Positions 37,440 through 49,579 of a stretch of DNA of 64,000 nt are shown here, in pieces. The translations under genes and the position numbers were made by a program. This DNA is from Massalongia carnosa (taxonomy: Eukaryota), in contig OZ287074.1 in NCBI GenBank assembly GCA_965645245.1, positions 1,612,001 through 1,676,000 on the forward strand, given 5' to 3'. The notes beneath the pieces were generated by a model. The model saw nothing but the letters and a program-made list of their open reading frames with translations, did not search any database and was not told where the DNA came from. How positions within the stretch are numbered: the stretch's first letter is position 1; every line of letters begins with the position of its first letter.

Positions 37440-40400
37440 GTGTTGCTTGATGGAGCAGCCGAGATTAATGTGATTAATCAGGGATTCGCCGTCGCTTCAG
37501 ATCTTAGACCTATTGAAAGCGAACTACCTGCTCCTCAATTCATGGATGGTAAAGAGGTTTACTGCTATGGAGCTTATGAGGTAGTAATGGCTCTCGAGGA
37601 TACTTGGCAGCGACAGCGCACCTTTACCAGCGTGTTTTACGCAATTGACAAACAGGGCCCTGACTTGGTGTTGGGTCTCCCTGGTCTCAAACAGCTGGGT
37701 ATCGTAATCGATTATGGAGCGAAGCGCTGGCGTTATGGCTTTCAGTCTGATATGTTCGAGTTGTGCAAGCCTAAACAGTTTGCGAAGACCCTGGATTCCG
37801 GGGCACCACTCTATGCTATAGTGGCTCAACCCATTGCACCTTCTTCCGAAAGACAACCTGTTAATGTTGGCGCTGTTGATGAGAACAACAGCCGGAACAC
37901 CAACGAAACGCAGGGGATACCTGTGGAATTTGCTGAATTCCAGGATGTTTTTTCTAGGGACAGAGCCAATCAATTAGCTACGCACAAGGACTGTGACCAC
38001 GCTATCGATTTAGAAGGCGGTGATCCACCTTATGGTCCTTTATACAACTTTTCGAATACGGAGCTTAAGACTCTTCGGGAATATCTTGACGACGCCCTGG
38101 CGAAGGGTTGGATCCGGCACTCCACCAGTTCTGCAGGTGCACCAATACTATTTGTGCCTAAGAAGGACGGTACTCTGCGCCTCTGCGTTGACTATCGAGG
38201 ATTGAATAAGGTGACCAAAAAGAATCGTCATCCGCTCCCTCTTATCACGCAGATACTGGATCAGTTAAACGGGTGTTCCTATTTTACCAAAATGGATTTG
38301 CGAGATGCTTATCATCGTCTCCGAATCCGCAAGGGCGACGAGTGGAAGACGGCATTTCGATCCCGTTACGGACACTACGAGTATATGGTTATGCCTTTTG
38401 GATTAGCCAACGCCCCTGCAACTTTTCAAGCTTACATCAATAAAGCTTTATCTGGGATCGTGGATGTTTTCTGCGTAGTCTATCTGGACGATATATTGGT
38501 ATTTTCCAAAGATAGAACCAGCCATGTGGAGCATGTTAAAGAGGTGTTACGTCGTCTAAGGAAACACGATCTCTATGCAAATCTTAAAAAGTGCGAGTTC
38601 TTTGCTACGGCCGTGGAATATCTAGGGTTTATCATTAGCAGCGATGGTATCTCTATGGATCCACGCCGGGTTGAAACCGTGCGGGATTGGCCTGCACTTC
38701 AGTCCTTTCGAGACATTCAGGTCTTTCTAGGATTCGCCAATTTCTATCGACGTTTCATACGTCATTATTCTCAAATCACTAGGCCATTGACTGACATGCT
38801 GAAAGGCATGCAGGCTGGGATAAAAAGGGGTACTTTTTATCTTACGGCCGAAGGAGCGGAAGCGTTTAACAAGCTGAAAGAAGCCTTTCAGGGCGCGCCC
38901 ATCTTGGTTCACTTCGATCCAGAACTGCTCATTCGCCTAGAGACCGATGCATCGGATTTCGGAATCTCTGGCATTATCTCCCAGTTGCAGAAGGATGGGC
39001 AATGGCATCCCGTGGCTTTCTACTCGCGGAAGATGATACCGGCCGAGCGCAACTATGAAACCCATGATCAAGAGTTGCTGGCCATTGTGATGTGTTTTAA
39101 ACACTGGAGGCATTACCTGGAGGGTAGCCTGCACCCCGTTGAGGTCCTGACAGACCACAACAATTTGAGGGGTTTTATGAATATTAAGGTGTTGAGTGGT
39201 CGGCAAGCGCGATGGGCTATGAAATTAGCCGCTTATGATTTCGTAATCATGCATCGCTCGGGAAAGACCAATCCTGCCGATGCACCGTCTAGGCGCCCTG
39301 ATTATCAGAGCATCAACACCGAGGTGACGAGATTGTTGCCTACTCTTCAAAAGATGCTAAGCAAAATAGATTCCTTATGCGTAGGTTATACGCCGGGGAT
39401 TCGTACGGTGCTTGCCGCACTTAGGTATAATCTTCGCTCAAAGATAGCTTCGTCCGGGATTGAACCCCTGGAGAATTTAGAGGGTGAAACCTCTAAATCA
39501 ATTACTTCTCTTGACGAAGAGAGTGATACTATTGAAGTCGGCTTGACGCAATGTATTCCCCGGGCTGTAGCTGTTGCCTTATCAGATGAAGAAAAGCCTT
39601 TGGAAAGTGCTTCCAAGTCAGTGCTTGAACTTATCAAGGCGCTACAGGGGAAAGACGCATTCGTGTCTAGCAGGCGAGAGACCGTTGCTAAGTCTTTGAA
39701 GCGCAAGGGTGGTCGCTCCCCCGAAGCAATTTGGACTATAGATAGCAATGATCTTCTCAATCATCGTGGCAGAATTTACGTGCCCGATGAAGAATCTATT
39801 CGTGCGGAGCTGTTGCGGCGTCATCATGACGACGAGCTCGCGGGTCATTTTGGTGCGGAGAAAACAGCTGAGTTGCTTACCCGCAAATACTATTGGAAAG
39901 GACTTAACAAGACTGTGAAGAAGTACACGGAATCCTGCGACATTTGTCAAAGGACGAAGGCGCCTAGGTACCGACCTTACGGGGTTATGCAATCGCTTCC
40001 ACGTCCTTCCGGTCCTTGGAAAGAAATCACTATGGATTTCATAACTGGGTTTCCACCTAGCAAGCGTTTCGGCAGGGTTTATGACTCGTGCCTAGTAATT
40101 GTGGATAGATATACCAAAATGGCGCTATACATCCCGGTTACGAAAAAAATCAATGCAGTGGACCTTGCAGAAATTCTGTTTGAATCGGTAGTATTACAGT
40201 TCGGCGCTCCTGAGGGCATAGTATCGGATAGAGGGTCGGTCTTTACCAGTGAGTACTGGTCAGAAATTTGTTTTCATTTAAAGACGAAACGCCGGCTTAG
40301 CACGGCCTTTCACCCTCAAACTGATGGCCAAACCGAACGACAAAACCAGACCCTTGAACACTATTTGAGAGTTTACTACACTGACAATCAATCCAACTGG

Positions 40401-41123
40401 GTGGCACTATTGCCCCTAGCACAATTTGTCTACCAAGTCAGTTATCAAAGTACGCTTGGGTGCAGCCCCTTTTATTGTATGTACGGCTATAACCCGGAGA
40501 TTCGCTACGAAGTCGGGGACGACATCGCTGTGGAGAGGGTGCCCGCTGCGAAAGAACGAGTAAAGCAATTACACGAGTTCAGATATTCTTTAGAGGCACG
40601 CTGGAAAAGCGTATCCGAAGCGCAGGCCAAGTACTACAACAGGAAACATCTTGAGAAAGATTTCAATGAAGGGGACTTGGTAATGTTATCTGCCAAGAAT
40701 CTAAAACAAAAAAGGCCTAGTAAGAAACTTTCACATAAGTTTTTAGGTCCTTTTCGCATTCTAGAAGCAGTCGGCAAGCAGGCATATCGTCTTGCTCTTC
40801 CTACGACTTATAGAATTCACCCGGTCTTTCATGTCTCTTACCTAGAACCTTACAAGCGAAGAGATGGTCAAGAGCATATGCCGTTTCTACCCCCACCTGA
40901 AATTATTAACGATGAACAGGAATGGGAAGTGGAAGAAATTATAGGTAGAAGGTCTGAGAAAGGGGAAATATTCTATAAGGTAAAATGTGTAGGATACCCT
41001 GAAGAATATGATGAGTGGGTACCAGAGAAAGATCTGGATGGAGCCTTAGAACTGAAGCAGGATTTCGATGCAAAGCCGAAAGCAAAGCGCAGGCGAATCA
41101 AGAAACTACAGGTTACTCGCTGA
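37440..41123 (+). CDS. Gypsy-E pol (PR-RT-RH-IN-chromodomain), open; frame entered by -1 shift at ~37317
   Basis: 1227-aa ORF; LLDGAA, YLDD, ETDASD, HHCC, SDRGSVF, GPF, EWEVEEI chromodomain. Confidence 0.95.
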   Translation: MLLDGAAEINVINQGFAVASDLRPIESELPAPQFMDGKEVYCYGAYEVVMALEDTWQRQRTFTSVFYAIDKQGPDLVLGLPGLKQLGIVIDYGAKRWRYGFQSDMFELCKPKQFAKTLDSGAPLYAIVAQPIAPSSERQPVNVGAVDENNSRNTNETQGIPVEFAEFQDVFSRDRANQLATHKDCDHAIDLEGGDPPYGPLYNFSNTELKTLREYLDDALAKGWIRHSTSSAGAPILFVPKKDGTLRLCVDYRGLNKVTKKNRHPLPLITQILDQLNGCSYFTKMDLRDAYHRLRIRKGDEWKTAFRSRYGHYEYMVMPFGLANAPATFQAYINKALSGIVDVFCVVYLDDILVFSKDRTSHVEHVKEVLRRLRKHDLYANLKKCEFFATAVEYLGFIISSDGISMDPRRVETVRDWPALQSFRDIQVFLGFANFYRRFIRHYSQITRPLTDMLKGMQAGIKRGTFYLTAEGAEAFNKLKEAFQGAPILVHFDPELLIRLETDASDFGISGIISQLQKDGQWHPVAFYSRKMIPAERNYETHDQELLAIVMCFKHWRHYLEGSLHPVEVLTDHNNLRGFMNIKVLSGRQARWAMKLAAYDFVIMHRSGKTNPADAPSRRPDYQSINTEVTRLLPTLQKMLSKIDSLCVGYTPGIRTVLAALRYNLRSKIASSGIEPLENLEGETSKSITSLDEESDTIEVGLTQCIPRAVAVALSDEEKPLESASKSVLELIKALQGKDAFVSSRRETVAKSLKRKGGRSPEAIWTIDSNDLLNHRGRIYVPDEESIRAELLRRHHDDELAGHFGAEKTAELLTRKYYWKGLNKTVKKYTESCDICQRTKAPRYRPYGVMQSLPRPSGPWKEITMDFITGFPPSKRFGRVYDSCLVIVDRYTKMALYIPVTKKINAVDLAEILFESVVLQFGAPEGIVSDRGSVFTSEYWSEICFHLKTKRRLSTAFHPQTDGQTERQNQTLEHYLRVYYTDNQSNWVALLPLAQFVYQVSYQSTLGCSPFYCMYGYNPEIRYEVGDDIAVERVPAAKERVKQLHEFRYSLEARWKSVSEAQAKYYNRKHLEKDFNEGDLVMLSAKNLKQKRPSKKLSHKFLGPFRILEAVGKQAYRLALPTTYRIHPVFHVSYLEPYKRRDGQEHMPFLPPPEIINDEQEWEVEEIIGRRSEKGEIFYKVKCVGYPEEYDEWVPEKDLDGALELKQDFDAKPKAKRRRIKKLQVTR

Positions 41124-41513
41124 ATCCAGCGAAACCCTTCTTATTCGCCATCTCATTACCATCGGAACCTTCTGCTTTCTCGTCCGGCACCTCATCATCA
41201 CCATCAGTATCTTCTACTTCCTCGTCCGACTCCTCATCACCCTTTTCTTCCTTGAGACTCTCGCTGGAGGAGCTTTCGGAGACAGCAGTCTCGTACTCCT
41301 CACCGTCTTCACCTAAATCAACAAACCACCAACCCAGCATTACCGAGAAGCTAGTGATATTTACATCTACCTACGTCAAGCGCCAGGTATTCGCGCTTTC
41401 TACACAACAAACTTGCTATCTACGCGACATCTTCTATCACGTCCCTACACACTCCCTTCCGCGTTCGAGTACTGTACGTGCTGGAGGACCAGCACTATAG
41501 GAGAGGAGGCAAT

Positions 41514-42028
41514 TGTCAGGGCATAGAAGGAATAAGGGCTAAGCTAACTAAGCGGGGCTTAGTTCTACGGCTAGGCTTAGTCATATGGAAAGCAGTTGGT
41601 CTGCGTTACGCGGCTGGTATCTACTGCCGAGAGTATAGTACGAGCGATCGAGATATACGAGGATGCTCGTACGATTAGTGAGCGAATGGTACGATAAAGT
41701 CAGCACAGTGTCCACGATACAGTCAGCACAGTGTCTACGATACAGTCAGCACAGTGTCCACGATGCAGTCAGCAGAGTATTTAGCCGGCTTATCCGGTAG
41801 GAGTAATGGGCGGTCAAGATAGTTACAGTATCAAGGGCCCAGAGGGCCAAGGGCTTCGGTCCGGGTATATAAGGAGGCTGCTCGAGGGAGATGCAATCTT
41901 CAACGATTAGTCTTCCGCTTTACCTACATACTTCTTTTAGTATATTAGTATAGCAAATCATTAGTGTCTTCACATTGTCACATATCCATAGGCCTGGTGT
42001 CTGATAATCGCCAGGTCTGACTCTTACA
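41514..42028 (+). repeat. Gypsy-E 3' LTR
   Basis: Direct repeat preceded by the PPT. Confidence 0.97.
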
Positions 42029-42182
42029 ACTTTGCCCCCCTATAAACTCTAAATTCCCCCCCCTTGTCCCTAGCAACTACCCAAGTGCTTAAAGTAGATT
42101 GTTTTTGACTGTTTTGCCGTCTTTCAAACAGCCCCCGTTCATGCCTTCGTAATTGACGAAGCATGCCCATATCGCCCTTTAA

Positions 42183-44306
42183 CTACTGTTCTTCATGCAG
42201 TCTCAGGATCCTACAAGCCTCCTGTACTTGACAGACCGTTACAACAGGCATAACTTCTACCTCTTTATTCGTCTTAGCGATCCTTTCCTGCTCCGTATAT
42301 CGTGAAACGAGAACATTCATAATATCTTCATTTGTGTCCCCTATAGCCTCCTTGGGCGGTTTTATGAATTGATAAATATTTATCACCTCTTCTATTCTAC
42401 CCATGACCTGCATCTGACGTATTTCCTGTGTAATCTCTTGTATAACAGTCTCGGACACGACCCATCTCGAGTTTCTTAGTTGATTGAAGGGTGCTAAACC
42501 CCAATCAATAACTCCTGATCGCCCCCAGCAGTTCTGTATGGTGGAATGTTTGAGGTCGTTTTCCCATGCTGAAATGCCCCATCGAATGACACGAAGAAAA
42601 TTTATGGAGACAGTCGGATCTTTTCCAGCATCGAAAGAACTTACAATAAACTGGACAAGTGAAACGGGGAGACCTTCTCCTAGCAGGCATTCAATACTGG
42701 AAGATGGGATCCACAGGGGCTACACATCGTGATGGTTACAATAGAGGTACAAAATAGGTAGGGTCGGGTCAAAGGGTAGACTAAATGCTACCCTTTTGAA
42801 GTGCTTGATCATTGATCTATATAGGATAGGACAATCCACAACCTAAGCTCTTCTTCCGTACCTTGCCCATACTACCTGGTATTTTCGGACTCCGAAATAC
42901 TTCGGACACCGAAAGACACGGGTAGATAAGACTAGGCAGGTGAGCTAGGGGAGGTGAGGCGAGGCGAGGGGATACTTCGTGTACTACGAAAACACCTCCA
43001 TAATAAGTTAAGTCCCTACACTATGCCTAACTGGGTTAGGCGGGACCTTATTGTCTTGGTCGTTGTTTTGGCTGTACATGTCCCATATAGTCACATAGGC
43101 CAGTCTTACGTTCAACGAACGCATACTAGGCCTACCCTATTAGAACAAGTTGTTTTCGTACATAGGCCTTCCATTTTTGTATGATGCCTTGATCCAAAGG
43201 TTGATGTAATGAGGTGGCATTTGCAGGTAGCCACTGAATATGACTATTCTGCAAAACACCTGGATATACGACTTTTAGAAAAGATGTCATGATTAATTAT
43301 AACGTTAACATATTGATTTATTTATCTTCATCCATAAAAATTTTCACAGCCAATTCGTGAGCACTGAAATTATCCATCAATAACAAAATCGATCGTTTAT
43401 TTATATGACAATTTAACCAATGCAAATATTCTCTCATGATGATATTATTATTCCAGGCCTTGGGATTATACCTCCGAACAGAACACAGATTCTCCAGTCC
43501 ATAAATTTTGGCATCGGGATAACTTTGGCCTTTAGGCCTTACCAATAAACCAGATATCAGGTTTATCCGACCCATCAGCATTACATTTGAGACAGACAGT
43601 GATTCTAGTCTGTTATAATTATAACTGTGCCAAATTGAAGTAGCTTACTGTGAAAAACACACCTTATCCTGCTTCTGACCGGCGTGCCTCTCAGTGCTAA
43701 GAGATCGAACGGGTGCCATTTTCCAAAAAAGCCTGTTTTATCTATGTTATTAACGTCTTTGGCAGCATATTCAGATACTAATTTACAAAGATCAGTCATT
43801 ATCTGCTGTACATTTTCGCTTTGATCGGCTGAACCAGCCTCGCTATGATGAATACGTTGTTTGAGTCCTCGTCGTCTTTTAAACCGATCCAGCCAGCTAT
43901 TGCTCTATTTCGGAGTGGGAATACCTTCATACTGAGGCAGTTTGTTCCACAACTCGGTGGCCTTGGTCCGTAGCACGTCAGCATTAATAGTGAGACTGGC
44001 CTGATCATATCGCTGCTCCTATTCGAACCAAACATCTTCTAACACAAGCCATTTGGGAATAATCTCCCGTTTGATTGAACTCGCCTCTTCTTTATCATCT
44101 AAGTAAGCATATTTGGAACTAAGAATCTCGCTGATAGACGTACTCCCAAAAACTTAATTATACTCTCTTTTCCACTACATGCGACAGTCGTTCTGAGTCA
44201 CTTTATTCTTTAAATCATCATTGTACTAGTCCTGAAGAGCTTTTCGCTGAATATTCGTGATTCCATGACGGGTTTTTTATCGAGGGGGGGAAGTTGACAA
44301 AGACAT
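42183..44306 (-). pseudogene. CENP-B/Tigger-like transposase remnant (HTH plus DDE_1)
   Basis: ATG at 44306; LRTKATELW...SNSWLDRFK; NIDKTGFF; KAWNN...ILLLMDNFSAH; many stops; interrupted by a solo LTR. Confidence 0.85.
42660..43144 (-). mobile_element. Solo LTR of the Gypsy-A family
   Basis: Reverse complement of 6608-7092 with about a dozen differences; TSD ACAAG. Confidence 0.95.
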
Positions 44307-44639
44307 GGAGGCAGGCCATTCTCGAGACATATTTACAGCAGAATCTTAACAAATATATGATAGTTTTACCACCTCGCTATAACGAACGTCACCAAAGTTA
44401 TGAAAATAAATTTCGTTATATCGTAATGGAGGGGTTTTCCGTTATAACGAGGTTTTTACCATATAACTACAAAAAATCCGAAAAATATTTTCTTTATGCC
44501 TAGGTTTTCGTTATACGGAACTTCCCTATAGCGGGGTTCGACTGTACCTCCTGCTTTAGATCGCGAGTCACCAGACCGCGATAACGTCCGCGTTATCCCC
44601 GGGTTTTGATTGTCGAGATTTGATGCGGTTAGACTGACT

Positions 44640-47600
44640 GTATGACACTGCCATTGCTTATCGTGGTTTGTTAGGGTGTGTCGTTGGTAAAGTCCTCCAC
44701 TAGCTCTTCTGCATTTTCGAAGCCGTCAGCATCGTACCACGTCAGGTCTTCGTCAATTCCTTTCCACTTGACCTTGTACTAAATCTTCCGGTAGCGTTTC
44801 CGAGCGTCCAATATGTCGTCCAGTTCCCATTCAGCATTCCCTTCGACAACTATCGGTGGAGGTGGGTCGTTTATCCGGCCAGGAAGAGGGTCATCTGCGA
44901 CTTTCCGGAGCAAACTGGTGTGGAACACATCGTGTATTTTCATTGAGGGTGGAAGCTCCAGTTGATAGGATGATCCTACAATTTCTTGACTCGGTAGGGA
45001 CCAATCATCTTGTGGTCCAGTTTCTTGCATGCCCGTTCAGTCTTGATATTCTTGGTTGACAGCCACACCATGTTTCCTTCCTGGTAAGAGATTTCCGTCC
45101 GGTGTCGGTCAGCCGCTGTTCTTTGCCTTTCCTGAGCTTGTTCCATGTTTTGTTTGACGAAGTTCCAGACTTTCTGCATGTCGTCCGTGATGGCCCTAGC
45201 TTTGGCGTTGGCCAACCTCTCTCTGGTGGAAGAAGCAGACAGCTCGACCGGATCGAAACTCATTCGGGGTTCGTATCCTTTGGTAGCCATGAACGGTGAC
45301 ACTCCAGTGGTGGCTGACGGTGCACTGTTTGCCGCGAATTCGGCCATCGGAAGCAGGTCCACCTAGTCATCCTGGTTGTAATTTGTGGAACTCCGTAGGT
45401 GATGTTCCATTTCCTTATTTGCTATTTCGCTTTGTCCATCGGTTTCGGGGTGATAAGCCGTCGACAGTTTCGCTGTGATCCCAAGAATTTTGCACCAGGC
45501 CTTCCATACCGCTGACACGAACTGGGGTCCTCGATCGGAAAGCATGCTGTTCGGAAGTCCGTGATGGCGCCAGACATTGTCGATGAGTAGCTTCGCTGTG
45601 GCCTCGGCGATCGTTCCTTCGTCGCTACATGTGCATGGAATGTAGTGTCTTTCCTTTGACATCCGGTCCACTACCATCAGGATGGCGTCATACTGTCCTT
45701 TGCTTTTGGCGAGTCCTGTCACATAGTCGAAGGTGATGTCAGACCATGGCTTGTCGGGTATGGGCAAGGGTTTCAGTAGCCCGTTGTATTTATCCTTAGG
45801 TGCTTTTGCCCGTCTGCAAACGTGACAGCTGCGAACGTAACGACTAACGTCTTTGCCCATGTTCGGCCAGTAATAATTCCGGGAGATCGCCTAAATGGTC
45901 CTAGCTATTCCAGGGTGCCCTACCGCTATTTGATCATGAATCTGCCGTACGACTTCGAGAATTGTACCTTTATTGTCCAGGACCCATAAGCGTTCTCGCT
46001 CATACAGCAGTCCATCTTTTATCGTACAATTTTTTATGTTTGGCAGGTGTTGTCCGAGGGGGTGTCGTCTTCCATCGCTTTTCTGATCTTTGTGCAGAGT
46101 TCATCTTCGAGGTTTTCTCGTTTTACCTGTTCGTCCAAAGTCTGTGGGTCGGTGGCGGTTTCATTCGGTTCCGTAGCTTCTTCGATGGCCTGTAGTTCCA
46201 GTCTTTCCAGAGGCAATAGAGTTTGAAGCTGATGCTGTTGTCGTTCATCTTCCTCGTTTTGAGGTTTGTCGTTGGGTCTTGGGGTCAGAGCGTCTGCCTT
46301 TTCATTTTTCTTGTCCGGACGATATGTAATGACGAAATTGAACTCCGAGAGAAACTCCGCCCAGCGAGCCTGTCTTCTGATCAGCTTTTTGGTAGACATG
46401 AAATACTCCAGACTTCGATGATCAGTGAAGATCTTCACTGGTAAATCGGTGCCTTCCAGTTCCGGTTTCCATTGTTCAAAGCAGCGGATGATCGCCAGCA
46501 GTTCCTTGTCGTAGATTTCGTAGTTGCACTCAGCAGGGCTCATGTTCTTGGAGAAGAACGCTACCGGGTGAAGCTCGCCGTCATCCCCCATTTGTGAAAG
46601 CACGCCACCATTGACGTGGTCCGAAGAGTCCGTTTCCAAGTAACACTGCTTGTCTCGGTCGAAGTGTATCAGAATTGGAGATTCGCCAATTCGTTTCTGC
46701 AGAGTCCGAAATGCCTTTTCACATGCTGAAGTCCATTCAAAGATTCGTTCTTTCTTCGTCAGTGCGTTCAAGGGTTTGGCGATTTTCGAGAAACCTCTAA
46801 TGAATCGTCGGTAGAAGTTGCAAAAACCAATAAACGACCTGACCTCACGTAGGCAAGTTGGGATTCCCCATTCCTGAATGGCCTTGACTTTAGCTGGGTC
46901 CATGCGAATGCCATCGACGCTAATGATCAGTCCCAAGTACTTGGTTTCCGTCACATGAAATTCGCATTTGTCAACGTCTGCTTGCAGTCCCGCTTCTCGA
47001 AGTTTGATTAGAACGGCCCGGACGTGCTCCCGATGTTCCTTCAGATTCTTGCTGTAAATGAGGATGTCGTCCAGGTAAGCCGTGCAGAACTTGTCTAGGT
47101 AATCGAATAACACATCGTTAATGTAGTGCTGCCAGGAAGCTGGTCCGCCAGAAAGTCCGAATGGTAGTACCTTATTGTCAGATAGATGATGATGGGCGAA
47201 GACCTTGCTTGCTACTACAGAAAAGGGAGATGACTATATACAGAGTGACAGGGCTGAGGGCCGAGCTCGCTTAGTAATGGCCACTTTGACACACCCCTTC
47301 GAGCGAAGGACCTCGCTGTCGGCCTCGCTGTCACCTTGACATTGAGCATCCCTTTACTATGTAGTTTCTTCCTTGACGATGTTGTCCTGCTTTGTAGCCT
47401 CATTAAATCCACAACCACTACTCATTCGTAGAGCTCGTGAGTGAATGGGAAGAGTACTATGGACCTTTGCCTACCGCGGACGTAGCAGATAGGGCTTTTT
47501 GCTGTTGGCCTGTACGAAGGGCTTTTTGCTGAGGATTGTTTGGTTAAATCTCCTTCGTAGGCTGAGCTAGTGAGACCCCCTCGATGGGGCCGAAGTGTAG

Positions 47601-49579
47601 CTACTTTGTGGATGCTAAGCCATAAATGCTGGCCTGCACGAAGGGCTTTTTGATTGATCGTCTCCTTCGTAGGCTCGATGTGGAGTCATTTTCTTCTTTA
47701 TTGTAATAGTCTCGTTTCTGCCCGACATCTCGCTCGTTTCTGTCTTGTGTCCCGCTCGTTTCTGCTCTATGGCTCGTTTCTGCTTCGTGTCTGACTCATT
47801 TCTGCTTGACGTCCGCGCTCGTTGTCCCTCGATGTCAGCTCGTTTCTGCTCTGGCCCGTGTCGGCTCTGGCTTGTGTCTGCTTATTCGACTCGTATCTAC
47901 TTCGTGGTTGTATCTGGCTGATGTGATGAATAAGAAGGATGACATGGCTTACGACACAATAGCTTCCGTCAAGCTATCGTGAAGGAAGGCTTCTTTCTAT
48001 CTATCAAATGAGGGTAGCGGAACGTGTACGGAACACTACTGACCAACTAGGCTCATAACTGTTGAGCTGAATGTATGATAACAATGAGCTCTATGATGAG
48101 TTTATATTTACGTCAGAAGAATATCTCTTGATAGTGAAATCGATGATTGATTTATTGATGGATTTATGATGAATCCTCTAAGCCTAAATTTACAAGAAGA
48201 GAATTTTGTATGAGCTTGTCTCGCTTGTTACATAATCTCTGCCGTTAGTCCGACACTTATATTCATAGGCACCAAAACGAGAATTGAAGGTTGTCAGATC
48301 TTCGGATTCTATGGCCATCCTGAGCTTGTGAAACGCTTGCCGAATGTCAATCTTGGAGAAGATCTTAGCCTCTTTCAGCTGTGCCAGTGTTTCTTCTATC
48401 AGGGGAATGGGGTAGCGATCTTTCTTCGATAACTGATTCAGCCTCCGATAATCGACACAGAAACGAAGGCCTCCGTTTGCCTTCTTGGCTAACAGAATAA
48501 GGGAAGCGCACGCAGCATGACTCGCCTCAATGAACCCCTTTCGAAGTTTGTCCTCAAGATATTTCTTGACGAACTCCAATTCCTTCTGCGACATGCTCCG
48601 AAGCGGACTATGCCCGTGATCTTTGTCTCCTTCCAGAATGATTCTGTGATCATAGGTTCGATGAGGTGCCAGAGTATCGGATGCGGCCTTGGAGAAGACA
48701 TCCAGGAATTCGTGGTACTCGGGGGGAACTATCGTTTTTGGATCAGTTGGCGGGCGGTCTTCCTTGCTCAGTTGATACTCGATGTCTTTCAAGGAGATGG
48801 AGAACAACTCGACATTCTTTAGTCTAGACAGCAGTCGGTACGCAGCAGCCCCTATCATCGCCATTTCTATCGGTTTATCTTCGAGAGTCGGCTTATCCTC
48901 GGTTCCAGAGCCTGATAGTCTTTCTGATAGCCCAACGTCAGCTTTGTTAGATAATACCTCTGACGAACTGAGCTGTTCTGGACTAGTTTTCTCTGATTCC
49001 TTCGTATTCGTTCTTGCCTCTTCGGGTCGTTTCAGTATTTTCATGGTCGTTCTAGCCGTTTCGGACTCCTTCATCATCTTTTCCTCCTTGGGCAGCTGAG
49101 GGGCTCCAGAATGGGAACAATGACATGGCCAGAAAGTTATTTGGTCTGTGGCCATGTCAATAATCACTCCATGCTTTCTCATCCAGGGTTTTCCAGAATC
49201 ATCTTGTGTTGCCCCAGCTGCGTGATTAGAAGAGGAGCTATAGTTCCTTATGGCTTTGTACGGTCAGGGCAGGGTAGATGGCATGAGTAATGTCTTTGCC
49301 TCGTTTACCGTCAAAACCTTTTACTGGTTTCGGTCTGGTCAGTTTTTGAGGGGAGATCTGAAGCTTTTCACAAACTTCACGCGCTGTTGATTCATCAATA
49401 AAAGCGTGCCCAGTGGCATCTGTGTCCAATAGACCCATCACTTTTATTTCTTCACTATTGCCCTGTCTACATTGTATGACCAGGGGTTCATCGGTGAATA
49501 AATCACCGGGTAAACAGCTTGACGAAATCAACACTGGTTCACCTTCATCTGCGTCTTTGATGAAGGTCACTCTTTTCCC
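44640..49579 (-). pseudogene. Gypsy-D pol (PR-RT-RH-IN-chromodomain), disrupted
   Basis: LLDTDATG; GAYEYK|VLPFGL rejoined across the solo [31 protein letters not shown]; stops and frameshifts. 3' end approximate. Confidence 0.92.
47176..48255. mobile_element. 1080-bp solo LTR (family otherwise absent from the window) in Gypsy-D RT
   Basis: TGTCAGA...TCCGACA termini, 5-bp TSD CTTAT; removal restores the RT reading frame. Confidence 0.85.

Larger units (their letters stand above)
35542..42028 (+). mobile_element. Gypsy-E: chromoviral Ty3/Gypsy, nearly intact
   Basis: 515-bp LTRs 35542-36056 and 41514-42028 (about 6 differences), TSD ACTTT, PPT AGGAGAGGAGG. Confidence 0.97.
35432..44544 (-). 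mobile_element. Tigger/pogo-type (Tc1/mariner superfamily) DNA transposon, ~2.1 kb without nested inserts
   Basis: Perfect TIR CAGTCGAACCCCGCTATA at both ends, TA TSD (35430-31 / 44545-46), subterminal TTCGTTATA/TATAACGA repeats. Confidence 0.93.
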
